Assembly (NCBI GenBank): GCA_013239625.1
Contig: MU054187.1
Span: forward strand, 4,041,757-4,105,756
Source: Lama guanicoe
Lineage: Eukaryota
Reading direction: 5' to 3'
DNA: 64,000 nucleotides
Below the pieces are notes generated by a model, which made no database searches, had not been told where the DNA came from, and saw only the letters and a list, made by a program, of their open reading frames with translations. Position 1 is the first letter of the stretch; the number at the start of each line of letters is the position of its first letter. A program made the position numbers and the translations under genes. This document shows, piece after piece, positions 1-11,300 of the stretch.

Positions 1-2584
1 GGAAGAGGGGAGCCCGCAGATCACTGCATAACTGGGCAGAGCTCTACGCTGGGCTGGGGCAAAAAAAAGTGTAAGTGTACTCTAGAATATGCCTTATGCA
101 CTCCTAGCTTCAGCCTTCGCTCTTCACAAGGCGTCGTAAGTCACCGGACACGTGAAAGTCAGCTCAGCACACACGCCGTAGTTTTTCTCACTGCCGTTGA
201 GCGCTCCCCCAGCTGCCACAGGAATGAGTATTGTGTACTCAGCACGAGTTACGTGCTGGTCAGAAGGCCAGACACATGTGCGGGAGGGAGAGTCAGCGCG
301 GTCCCATTCCCACGCATCCTCAGGTAGCGGGCAGGGCTGGCTTTACCTAAGCGTGGGGCTGCCGGAGGAGGGCGGACGCTGGAGTCCTTAGGGAGACTCG
401 CAGGGGTGCAGGGGCGCTGCAGGAGACATCTTTGATACGATTTGGGGATTGGGCATGGGGTTAACCTAGTAGGCCCCCTCTTAAATCATGGACTTCCACT
501 TGGAAATTTAAGCTTCTCTGCACGTCTGCTCTGGCCTATGATTCTGGTACAATGGGAGCCAAGTCAGAGTTTTTAAAACCAAGCAGTTTAAGGTAACAGA
601 TTTAAACAGAAACACAGGAGATAAATTCCCCTCCCGAAGTGGCATAACTGAGGGGAGTCCGCTTCTCCCCTGAGAATTCAACATGGGAAAAAGAAAGAGA
701 TCACGTCGGTGGTGAAGGTGTAAAGTAAGTCTATTAAGGAGCAAGGATGGCATAATTATGCTCGGTAGCTAATTTTCCATAACACTAGAAGATCTATGTA
801 TAAAATTACAGGTTTAATAAAGTTAACACACAAATACAATGAGCTTTGATCTATTTAATCCCGATCAAACATATGGTCAAACCAATATGAAAAGGAACAA
901 AGAAACAAGTCGCTTAACAGAAGAAAAAACCCTACCGTATGCTTATCAGCTTTTATTGTAAACTAGAGATGGAACACAAACATACAACTGGTGTGAGTGA
1001 GAAGATTTTCACATCTGTTGCTTGAATATCACAGCATAGCACAGTATTTTGTAAACATAATATTTTATGCATTATAAATGTATAATGACATACATTTCAT
1101 TTTTAAAATCACATTAACTCAAATTATTGTGGCTTTTAAATGTTTTAGTTTCCATTAAATTAGAAAGAAAGGAAGATACTGATGGAAAGACATTTATGGT
1201 GCTGCAAACCAAGGATATGAGTTCCTCTGGTGGAAGATGAGAAAGCCACTTGGAATGAAGCATGAACGGTTACATTACGGCCTTAGGTAGGGAATAGCTC
1301 CTCCTTTCCCTTCTGTTGTATTCTGCGTCCCCACGGCCTGTGTCACAGAATTCACTTCACTTACTCGTGTCGCATCCTTTGGCATGTTACCGGGGAAACC
1401 TCAAAATCAACAGAGCTTAAATGTGAATTACACGGAGTAACAATGAGTAGCTGTGAAGAATTTCATTTTTCTAATACAAGCATTATAAACCTTCCAAAAA
1501 GAAAGGTTTAAAACTCTTGAGTGGATGATGAAGAATTTAGTTCCAGCTGCGATGGCAAAGCCCACTTCAGCAGCGGAGGTGAGAGGCTGCGTGAGGTAGC
1601 AGCCTGGGTGGGCCTCTTTGCTGGGCGGAGGTGTCCCTGTTCATTTCAAGCATCGTTTGAAAATGCCCACGTTTACCAGTTGTCCTATCATTATTTCCAT
1701 ACTTCTGCCCACAGGGGAAAAAGAATAGAAGGAAAGGTTTGAAGAGAGATGTTTTCGATGCCTAACTCTCCGTGACCTGGTAGGTATTTTTGCCAGTATC
1801 AGAAGACATTTAAGCCTCTCAGATGAAAGAAAAAAATGCGATCTGATTAGCAAAATAAAAAAAGCTTCTAAGGTTTTGTGAGACCTGAGAATGGCAGTCA
1901 CTGTTAGGAATGGAAGTGGGGTGCAGAGAAAATTAAACCGTTTTCTTACTGTGATACTAGCCACGTGATTTGGGTAACAGACTCCACCCCACCCGTCGAC
2001 AAATCCCACGGTTAAGCGGCGCATTGCTGCAGGGGCGTGGTGCGGCAGCGAGCACACCTCCTCAGCCTGTGCCCTCCCCTCTCCCTTCCGCAGATTGTCA
2101 GTGACAGGGAGGTGACAGGGAAGTACATGGGGCAAAGCTGTCCACTGAGAGATGGTGTACTTTCAAAAATGCAGACGAATTTCCTTGTGCCCAGAATTTC
2201 TCTTTTCATCCTTTTTAAACAGAAGCCTTCAAGCTTAGTGCCCTAAGGAACACATGGGGATCCTGTCAGAAGGCAGATCCCGGGCTTCTGCATCAAATAG
2301 CACGGGTTTGCCCTAGAATCTAGAACTTTGGGGGATCACACACACCTGTTCTGGGTCTGGAATTTCGCTCACAATTTCACCCTCACTCTGCTTCCTCAAG
2401 CTTGCCCTGAGCCCTACTTCCAGGCTGCAGAATGGAAGGGTGGAGGGAAACACCCAAATGATCTGAGAAGATAGTAAGAGAGCACTGTTTGGCTCTCCAG
2501 TGTCCAGGCTCAAATATATTACGTCGAGGAGATGATAAGAGATGGCAGGTGTGGCATCAGGGCCACTTGGGGAAATTAGTTGAA

Positions 2585-2900
2585 AAGCATGAAGCCTGGG
2601 AGGGAGTCCAGGACTGGAAGGAAGCCCGTGTCTCCATTTTTAAGGGGAGAAGCACAGAAATAGAAAGTACAGGTTGACGATTTTAGCACACAGTTTCTAA
2701 AACGATAATTAAACAATATGGTTGTGAGCAGTTAAAGAGAACATGGGATCAACATGAATTCATTAAAGAAATTATGGCAAATAATCTTCTTTCTTTCTTC
2801 TTTTCTAAATAAAAAAAAAGGGGTGGGGAGTAACTTACTTGTATTTCTGACACTATGGTAGACTAGATGGATAGAAAAGCTCCTTTTAGGATAAAATGCC
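2585..2900 (+). mobile_element. CR1/L3 LINE fragment (reverse-transcriptase region)
   Basis: Frame reads EGVQDWKEARVSIFKG, resembling CR1 ORF2 GEVPEDWKxANVxPIFKKG. Downstream text (ataattaaacaa...caacatgaattcattaaag) resembles the IIKQ and QHGF motifs. Confidence 0.6.
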
Positions 2901-3389
2901 TAAAAATACTTGATTTAATTAAAAATGAAAGGGAAAAGTGTCCTTTTTAAGCTTGGTAGCGCTGAGGGTAAAGGAAGACAAATGAGGTAAGCCAGAGGCA
3001 GGACTGCACACGGCCAGGGCAGGAGCTTTGTTCGTCTGAGGACATCTGCTTGCATTTGGTGGCCCAACCTGGTCTGTCAGAAGCACCCGTGGGTTGGCAC
3101 CCAGATAAAGCCCAGGAGATCTGATCAGATCTGCCACATGCTGCCCAGGGGCTCTGGGGAGAGGTGGAGAAGTCCCTTTTAATGACAAGCCAGCAGCATG
3201 CGCACAGTTTACAACCAGGATCCCAACTACCCGTGTGGCCTCAAAGGCCCCAAACTCAGCATCTAATTTAAAATGGCCCAGGTTGATAGTGTCCCCAGGT
3301 GCCAAGAACATGCCCTCACCAATTTCTCACTGGGAACAATTCTAAACATAAAAGCACAGAAATTCTCAAAGATAGCAATCTAAGAACAC

Positions 3390-4600
3390 TTAGAAAACGA
3401 AACGTTGAAAAAGATACCATTTAAAGGATCATCAAGAGATTCGTATCTTGGAATAAATCCAGCCAAAGATGTTCAAGTCCTTTATGGAAGTAAAGCATAT
3501 AACTTCCTTGAAAGACGTGAGAAGACATTTCGCCGTCATTGATGGGAAGACTATGTAAAGATGTTTATTCCTCCCCACCTAAACTGAACCAATGAATCTT
3601 CCAACATAATCCTAGGAGAATTTTGCATGAAACTTGATACTCTGATTCTATTTATGTGAGAAAGCGGGGACCTCAAACAGCCAACATATTCCTTAAGAAG
3701 AATGAACAGGTGGTGGCGGGAGCGGAAGTGCTAGCTGGCCGTCTGGAGGTCGGTAACTGGCAGTCAGGGCGGTGAGATACGGTGCGTTGCTACAGAGATG
3801 AGTCAACAGAGGAGAAGAGAAAGCCCAGAAGTGGCTGTGCATATGTGTGGCACTTGGACATCTGCAGAGCTGCTGTCAGAGTTCAGTATGGAAAGGGCTT
3901 ACATTCAACAAGTGGTACTGAGGCCGTTGGCTATTTCTTAAGAGAAAAATTTAAGAGAATCTCCCTGTAACCCACATCTTAGGGCTCTTTTTAGAAAGAA
4001 GTCAATGCACATCATAAGAAAAATATTAGTAAACTCAAGTATATGTCAATTAAGATCTGTTTTCTTTAACTTTTTTTTATTGAGCTATAGTCAGTTTACA
4101 ATGTGCGTAGCACACAATTTTTCAGTTACACATGAACATACATATATTCATTGGTGCATTCTTTTTCGCTGTGAACTACAAGATCTCTGTTTATTAAAAA
4201 AGACTACAACCAGAACACCACACTACAACAAGCCTCGAACTGGGGGGAAGAAAGGTATTTTTTAGACATAATTTTCAAAAGATCAATATCCAGAGTAAAT
4301 GAACTCCTAAAGATTAATAAGAAAACAATAAGCAAACAAATTGAAAATTTAGGAAAGCGCATTAAACAGGCATTTCCCCAAAGAGGAAACACAAAAGCCC
4401 TTCAACAAATGCTCACTCTTGTTAGTAACCAAATGAAAACCACCCTAAAATGTACCATTTCAGATCATCCACATGGTATAGGTTTAAAATACCAAAGCTG
4501 GGCTGGGATGCAGGGTAACAGGGACTTTTAAGCTCTTGCTATCAGAGTGTAAACTGATACAGTCATTTTGGAAAGCCTTCTGATACCACTTGGTCAATCT
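3390..4600 (+). mobile_element. Old L1 (ORF2/3' region) fragment, interrupted by a younger antisense L1 end
   Basis: A-rich L1-like text (aagataccattt...atcttggaataaat...caaatgctcactcttgttagtaacc...aactgatacagtcattttggaaag). Confidence 0.7.
4063..4185 (-). mobile_element. Young L1 3' end fragment
   Basis: ttttttattgagctatagtcagtttacaatg...cacaatttttcagttacacatg, homologous to the 25392 insertion. Confidence 0.75.
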
Positions 4601-5204
4601 GAACATGAAAACTCACAACAACCAGCATCTCAACCCCCCGTTGTGTTCCTTGGAGACCCCCTGGCCTTGTCTAACAGAACACATATGTGAGCACGGTCCT
4701 GGATGTAGTCACCATGGCAAAAAACTGGATGCAAGTGAAAATTATATGCTCAGCATTGTTTCCGCAAATGGCCATACCATGCCTGGGTAGCTGGACCCTC
4801 AGCATGAGAGTCAATGTCATCCTATTCTGAAACCAGCCCTCGCCCTCAAAGCCTTAAGGCCCTGATCCCAAGCCAGGATCTTCAGCCCAGCTGCTCTCTG
4901 CCCTCCTTAAGCTCATTCCCTTGTGCCCTCTCGGTGTCTGTTCCTACAGGGCCTCCCTGATCACCCCAGGATGGTGCCCTGACCTTGAATCTCAGGGAAC
5001 ATCAGTTAGGGTGCAGCTCCCTCCCTTGCAGAAAGCACTTCCCCTACTTTGTGTCACAAGGAATACTGTCATCTGGGGCGTCTTCTTCCAGGGGTCCAAA
5101 GGCTCTACTTCGTCCTTCCCCAGGGCCGGGGGGCCTCTTAACCCTACACTTCTGCATCCTGGGGTCCCACCGAAGCAGCTCCTCGGAGAGCGCAGACCTC
5201 ACCC

Positions 5205-5315
5205 TCAACACACATTCTTTGTCCGCTCATCCATTAGCAGACACGTGGGTAGTCTCCGTGTCCTGGCTACTGTGAGCGCCGCTGCAGTGAACGGCGGGGC
5301 TCTCACATGTTGGTG
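5205..5315 (-). mobile_element. L1 3'-region fragment
   Basis: cacattctttgtccgctcatccattagcagacacgtgggtagtctccgtgtcctggctactgtg resembles the common mammalian L1 antisense text. Confidence 0.65.
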
Positions 5316-5510
5316 ATAATTTTGAAGCGCTCAGGCCCGGTGTTTTCAGAAAGCCCCTTTGTTTCTATTTGTCTGACTCTCCCCTCACAATCAGGTTGAG
5401 ACTAGACATTTTGGGCAGTTACATTACATAGGTGTTCCTTATTCTCTTTAGATGGCTCTGTTTCTCTCCGGATACCTCTCCTTCGGGCAGCGCCCACGTC
5501 TGTGACCGTC

Positions 5511-5743
5511 CAGGGCCACATGAGGACTTTGGGGCTCTGGTACTTTCCCCTTTGTGGGCCTCTTTCACCATGAAAATGTTAAAAATTATGTTTTACAGCA
5601 GTGTTGGTATAAAGGCTGATGGAATCAGTCTATGTTCATTATTATGTATTAATGGCTGTTCTATTTTTTTCTTCTGGTTTTAAAAGAAATTAAAATGACA
5701 GCGCTCTGTGAGCTCCTAAGTGTGCCACAGGCCGGCAGCCCTT
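5511..5743. mobile_element. Non-autonomous DNA transposon, hAT (Tip100-like), copy 1
   Basis: Starts CAGGGCC and ends GCCCT. Shares TTGGTATAAAG and TTCTTCTG.TTTTAAAA.AAATTAAA with the element at ~32130. Confidence 0.5.
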
Positions 5744-7129
5744 CCTCCCCCACCCAGTGTTCTCTGTCTCTTGTCAAATCCCCAAGCTGACTGCGTCTCC
5801 GTTTCCCCCCCACCCGGACGACTCTCCCTCTACCGGACCGCTGGCCTCTGAGTGTCTTCTTGCAGGAGGGCCCCTCCTCCCAGAAGGGGGTCAAGGAAGG
5901 AGCATGTAGCCTTCTCCGCCAGGACTTCATCACCTGAAATGTGACCCCACGGCCTCTGACGCAGGTTTCTTGCTCCTGTCCTCTCCCATTAATTTTATTT
6001 TCATTGGCGTTGAAGGCTTCATAAGAGGAAATCTGCTACTCACGGCAGAAAACACTCTCCGCTTTGTTGCACAGAGCTCTTCAGTGGAGACCGAATCTGT
6101 AGACAGTGCTGATGAGCGATGAGTTTGTTGACTGCCCCTGTGAATGCTCCTTCTTTGCCACGTACAGATGCCCAAGGTAATTCTTTACTGATACCCGGGA
6201 CCGTCCAAAGGCTGGGGTTTCTTCCAAACTAATCTGGGCTGCCATTGCTTTAGTCCACATTATGGCCCAGGCCCCCTGCAGAGCACTGTATGTCATTTCT
6301 TTTAATGTCCACGGAAGTTCCTGTCAGAGGGGTACTGTTACCTCGCTTGGTCAGAACGGGCAGCTGGGGCTTTCAGATGTTTGGGGGACCTGCCCAGCCC
6401 TGCTGGCAGTAGGAGATGGGCAGGCTTCAGAGCAGACGCATGTCGCTCTCACGTTCCAGGGTAGTCTTGACGCCCGCCTCAGATTGGCAAGGGGCTTTGG
6501 GTTGGAGCTGGGACAGTGGATGAGCGAAGAGGCTAGGGAAACTGGAGAGTCTGCTGCCCTGCAGAGGGACGCACGAGGCAGCCCGTACGTAACCCATTTC
6601 CTCATTTCAGGTGCTTGCACATGTACCATCTCGGAGATTCTTAACACAAACTTGCATAGGAAAACAAAAATGCTGCTCAGCCAAATTCCATCACCTAAAC
6701 ACAATCGTCCCCCACTTAATCTCAGGCTCTCTGCCTGTGAAACAGTACGTTCTGACTCACACAACGGACCTGCACGGAGCAAGTGTGAGGACCTGATGAG
6801 TGCCTCTTACTGCCAGCACTGAATGTAGTCTTTCAGTATGTGGCAACGTTCTACAGTTCTAAGCTTCACGTTCTAAAATGAAAACCTTTAGAAGGGGAAA
6901 AAGCAAAACCTGAAATACAAAGAAAGCTATTCCTTTCAATTATTTGAAAAAAAATTTGAAATTTTTCTGATGTAGAATTGAACCCGTCAGCCATTGTTTG
7001 AGAAACTAGGTTTTTTTGGAGAACCGACGTATCACTGGACTTGGGGGAGTATGTTTGCCAAACCCCTGCGATCCTGGAATAAAAGCTAAGGACACAGCGC
7101 TTCCCTTCTCAGTAAAAAGGAGGACAGCA

Positions 7130-7345
7130 GGGGCCCTGGGGAAGCCGGTGAGCGCGTCTCGGCGAGGACGGCGCCCAGGCCGGCGCGGCCCAGGCGGCGG
7201 GCACGCGCCACAGAGGCGCCGGTGGTGCGGGCCGGTGGCGCCGGGTGTCTGCGCAGAGGCCGTGACTACGCCTCCGCCCGCCGATGGCCGCGGCAGCAGG
7301 CCCGCGGCGCCCGCACGCGCTCGTGCTCCCTCCAGGGGGCCGGGC
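7130..7345. promoter_or_regulatory. Short orphan CpG island
   Basis: About 200 bp of very high GC with dense CpG (ggcgcccaggccggcgcggcccaggcggcgggcacgcgcc...cgcggcgcccgcacgcgctcg) flanked by AT-richer sequence. No coding exon recognised. Confidence 0.65.
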
Positions 7346-7859
7346 TGTGTCTCAGGCCCCTTCAGCCAGGTTCACAGACGACCCGAAGTCGGACCAAGCT
7401 TGTGTGAATCCAAACTGATGGAAGGAAATGACTCAATAAATGGGGGAGAGGACACATTTCCTTGGACACAGATTCCAAATTATACTCCCCCCTCCGGGAG
7501 ATGCAACTTCCCTCCCTCCACCCCCACTCGCTGGGGACCGGCTAGACATAGCCGACTGCTTCCAAACAAGAGAACAGGCAAGGGGAAGACCGTAACTGTG
7601 CGGTGAGCGGCGTGGCGAGCACTCCCCCAGCCAAGCGAGGGAGGGCCCCCTCACCAGGGGTGCCACCTGGTGTGCCACCTGGTGTCATATACCCCTGATA
7701 AAAGTGGCAAGAGAGGGACTTCACCTCGGTGGTATTCGTCCCACAGCCCATAGCCCTGGTCTCATCCTGGGGGAAACACCAGATGACCCAGACTGTCTGG
7801 ATGCACAGCCGCCCCCTGGGGCTTGGAGGCCATGCAGATGAGAGACTCAGAACCCGTCA

Positions 7860-8130
7860 CAGCGCAGAGAAGACTACGCAGATATGAGGACTAAATGCAG
7901 TGCTGTCCCCGAACGGGAGCCTGGAAATCGGGTGAAATCCCGCAGTTTACTTACTAGTAATGTTCCAACTATTCAGGTCATGTTCTTAGTTTTGCAAAAG
8001 TTCCACGGCGGTGTTCGATGTTGACAGTGGGGGAAGGCAGGTGAGGGGGATCCAGAAACTCTGTACTGTCTTTGCAGACATTCTGCAAACCCCCAATTAT
8101 TCCATAATAAAAATTTGCGAAAAAAAATTG
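7860..8130 (+). mobile_element. Old L1 (L1MC/ME-like) 3' end
   Basis: gactaaatgcagtg...gggggaaggcaggtgagggggatccagaaactctgtactgtctttgcag...ataaaaatt followed by an A-rich tail. Confidence 0.7.
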
Positions 8131-8199
8131 CTCCCTAGGAAAGGAGTAGGGAATTTGGGCTATGTTTTGTGTGTGTATATATTCAATAATCTTACTCAA

Positions 8200-8325
8200 A
8201 AAATTTTTTTTTACTTTTGTTTACATTTTTGATTGAAGTATAGTCAGTTTACAATGTTGTGTCGATTTCTAGTGTACAGTCATACATATACATACATATA
8301 TTTGTTTCTGATTCAGATTTTGATT
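8200..8325 (-). mobile_element. L1 3' end fragment (camelid/cetartiodactyl type)
   Basis: T-rich tail followed by attgaagtatagtcagtttacaatgttgtgtcgatttctagtgtacag. Confidence 0.75.
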
Positions 8326-11300
8326 CCCCTTCCCCACACTTGATTGACTCATTGATTGATTGATTCTGCAATAGGGAATTTTGGCATCTAGAGTTTTTGT
8401 TTTTTGTATCCTTTTGAAATCAAGGTGCTTGTTCAGGCAAGTAGTGGTGGTAACCTTCAAGCAGCTGAAATATGCACAGGCATGAGACTGGGGCAAACCT
8501 AAGGAGCTGATGAAACTTTTGATTTTAAAGCATTTTAATGTGTTCTAGTTAAGAATAGCTCTCCGCCTAGGCGAGTGATGCTTGCTGATAAAGGCAAGTG
8601 GCCATGAAGGCAAGAGCAGAACCTGTCCTGGCCAGAGGTCACCATCCTTCCAGAGACCCTCACAGGACAGAAAACTAGGCTGGGACGACAGGAAGGAGAA
8701 GGAGGGAGGGATGGCAGACTGGCGTGCTCCAGCCTGGATCCCGGTCCTGCCCTGAAATGCGCTTCTCAGCTTGCCTCCATCAGTCTTGAGCCTCCAGCTC
8801 CCTGGAGATCCGTGACCACCTTGCAGACCTGCTCAGCCTCTTCCCTTGAGAGCTGCTCCACATGTCCTAGAGATGGAGGGAGACAGGGGTCCCGACTTCC
8901 GCTGCCATGGAGGCTACTGGACAGAGTGTGATTCTGCCGCTGGAACTGGAGACACTTCTTCTCCAGAAACAACTGTAAACTTCACTTCTTGGGCCCCTTA
9001 CCATGGTGCTACACATTCTCATCCATTAACAGAGTAATCTATGTAGGTTCATTTGATTGCACCATTTCTCTGTGCAAATACATTTCGATTTCTGAACCAT
9101 CCATTTCTAACATGATTGGAAACATTTAGAAGCTGGGAATTGCTTGATCAAATGAAATTATGGGCCCGAGCTATCGGAAGTTTCAAGATAAAGGCTTTGG
9201 TAAGAAAAATAAAAATCATCTCAATTTCAAAGAGGGAGGATTTAAGATGAAAAGAGAAAAGAAAATGGAATAATATATAGGGCGATCCTTGTGAGATTAG
9301 CTCTTCCTAACAGTAAGTTCGGCAGCAACACCAGGCAGTGGTTGAGTTACACGGCATTTTAAGGTAAGGACATGGTTGGGCAGAGCATGCTTGTTTCATA
9401 GAAATACTGGTATTGCGGGAGGTCGGAAAACGGGACTGAGGCATGGAATGATCTGGCACTCGCCTGTTGTGGTGCCTACTTTCAAAGCGGAAATGCCTGT
9501 CTTCATTTCCTTCATGAGTCGCAACAACAAGTCATACATTTTTCATGAGGACCGAATGGGTATGCAGATTAACATCTTCCTAGGGTTAAAGTAGGAGAAT
9601 TCCAATCACATTATGAGTCTCTGTAGGAAATGCCTGTGAAACAGCGTCACATTCACAGTCTGATGGCGTTCATGTATGTTTGGGGATATTAACAATCTTT
9701 ATCTCACTTTGCCGGGAGAAAGCAGCCACAGCTGAGGCAGCCGTCTTCCTCCACCAGGCAGCTCCTTTACATACACACTGCGCTTCGTGCTTCTGCAGCC
9801 TTCCTAGATGCCATCAGCTCAAGCTGATGGATAAAGGTCTACCCGCGTATCACGTGGAGGGAAGGTCAAAGTGCAACTTTGATTTCCTGCAAAGAAAACA
9901 GATAACAGCTATTGTCTAGGGACTGGGGACATTCGTCAGAAAGCCTCCACTGTAACCAGCTCTGTCTCAGAGCTGCCCTGGAGTTGGGCGGTGATTGAAA
10001 ATGGAGAGCTGTGAGGGGCCGGTCTTCTGATCTGCTGTTTGCCCTGAGGCGGCGTCGGAACATTGTGCTTGCCTTGCTGCTCACACGCTATCGGGTCTGT
10101 GATGCAGTTAGCCCGCCTCCGCGCACAGCAGCTGGACCAGTATGCATAAGAGAGAAAACCCTGTGTCTCCTTTTCAGATAAGTGGGGAAACCAAATTCTC
10201 CAAACCCTTAACTCAGTCCCAGCGGGGCCCTTTAATGTGACTGCTCTGTAGCCTCACCTCTAATGGAATTAGGAGTCCAGGGGAACAGTCCCTCGTACGT
10301 GTCTCTGCCCGGAACCTTCCGACCCACCAGGTAAACTGTTGACCCAGAGATGCTCCTCATACAGGCGCTCCCTCCGCAGCCGTGGTCTCTCCGAGATCCA
10401 GGGTAAAGGAGAAACGTTAGAGGCCTGTTTCAATGCAAGAATCTGATCAGAACTTTCTGACTCATGATGCCTGCTGATACGCGTTTGGGGACTGAAAGTC
10501 CTCAAAATCAGCTCACAGGCAAGCTTTTTCAAAATGTTACATGATCTTTGTCTCTCTGCACCATCGACAGGTATGCAGTCCCCTCTCCTCCTCCGTGCCT
10601 CACCACTAGCAGCCCACCTCTGTACAGTCACAGTGGAGACCACTCACAGGGAAAGAAAAGGGGACGGCGTTTCTGACACTTAACGCTGGTGTTTACTCTG
10701 GGGATTATATCCTCCTCTGAAGACACTGAATAGATGACCATATGCATATGTGCATAATTATTACATCATTTCTCAGTGTCAAGGATTCTGTGAATCCTCA
10801 GCCAAATTGTGTGTAAGTAAAAGTTTCTTCTTCACAGAAGGTACATATTGTTCATCAGATTTTCAAAAGGGTCCTTTCACCAACGTTCAAGGATCATTAC
10901 CGTAAGACACGCCTATAGCTGTGATTTGTTTTGTGTCTATGGGATGTTTGTGACACACACACGTGCATACCTACATGTGACATATTAGCACATATACACC
11001 TTAACTTTAGTTGTCAAAGCAAACTGCACAGGCCCAGCTCTCCAGCACTGCTTTCCTTCCTGGTAATTCTCTCTTCTCCCCCGTCTAAAATTTTAAAGAT
11101 CCACTTCACGTATGTTAGGGAGCAAACTCCACACCCATCGCTGCAGGAGATGCACGGAGGTTAAATCAGATGAGAGCCACTCAGGTGTCTGTCATCAGCT
11201 AGTTCATCGTGAAATGCTGGGCACAGTGCCTGTGCCGGGGAGTCGTGGGGATCAGAGGACGACACCGCAGGCCAGGCTGCAACATTCTGATCGGGGAAGA

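Noticed and set aside
6262..6822. 186-aa ORF with an antisense 143-aa ORF
   Set aside because: No recognisable protein family; consistent with chance ORFs in mammalian intergenic DNA.
7016..7606. 196-aa ORF rich in Arg/Gly/Pro
   Set aside because: Non-ATG start, no recognisable domain; explained by stop-codon scarcity in the CpG island.
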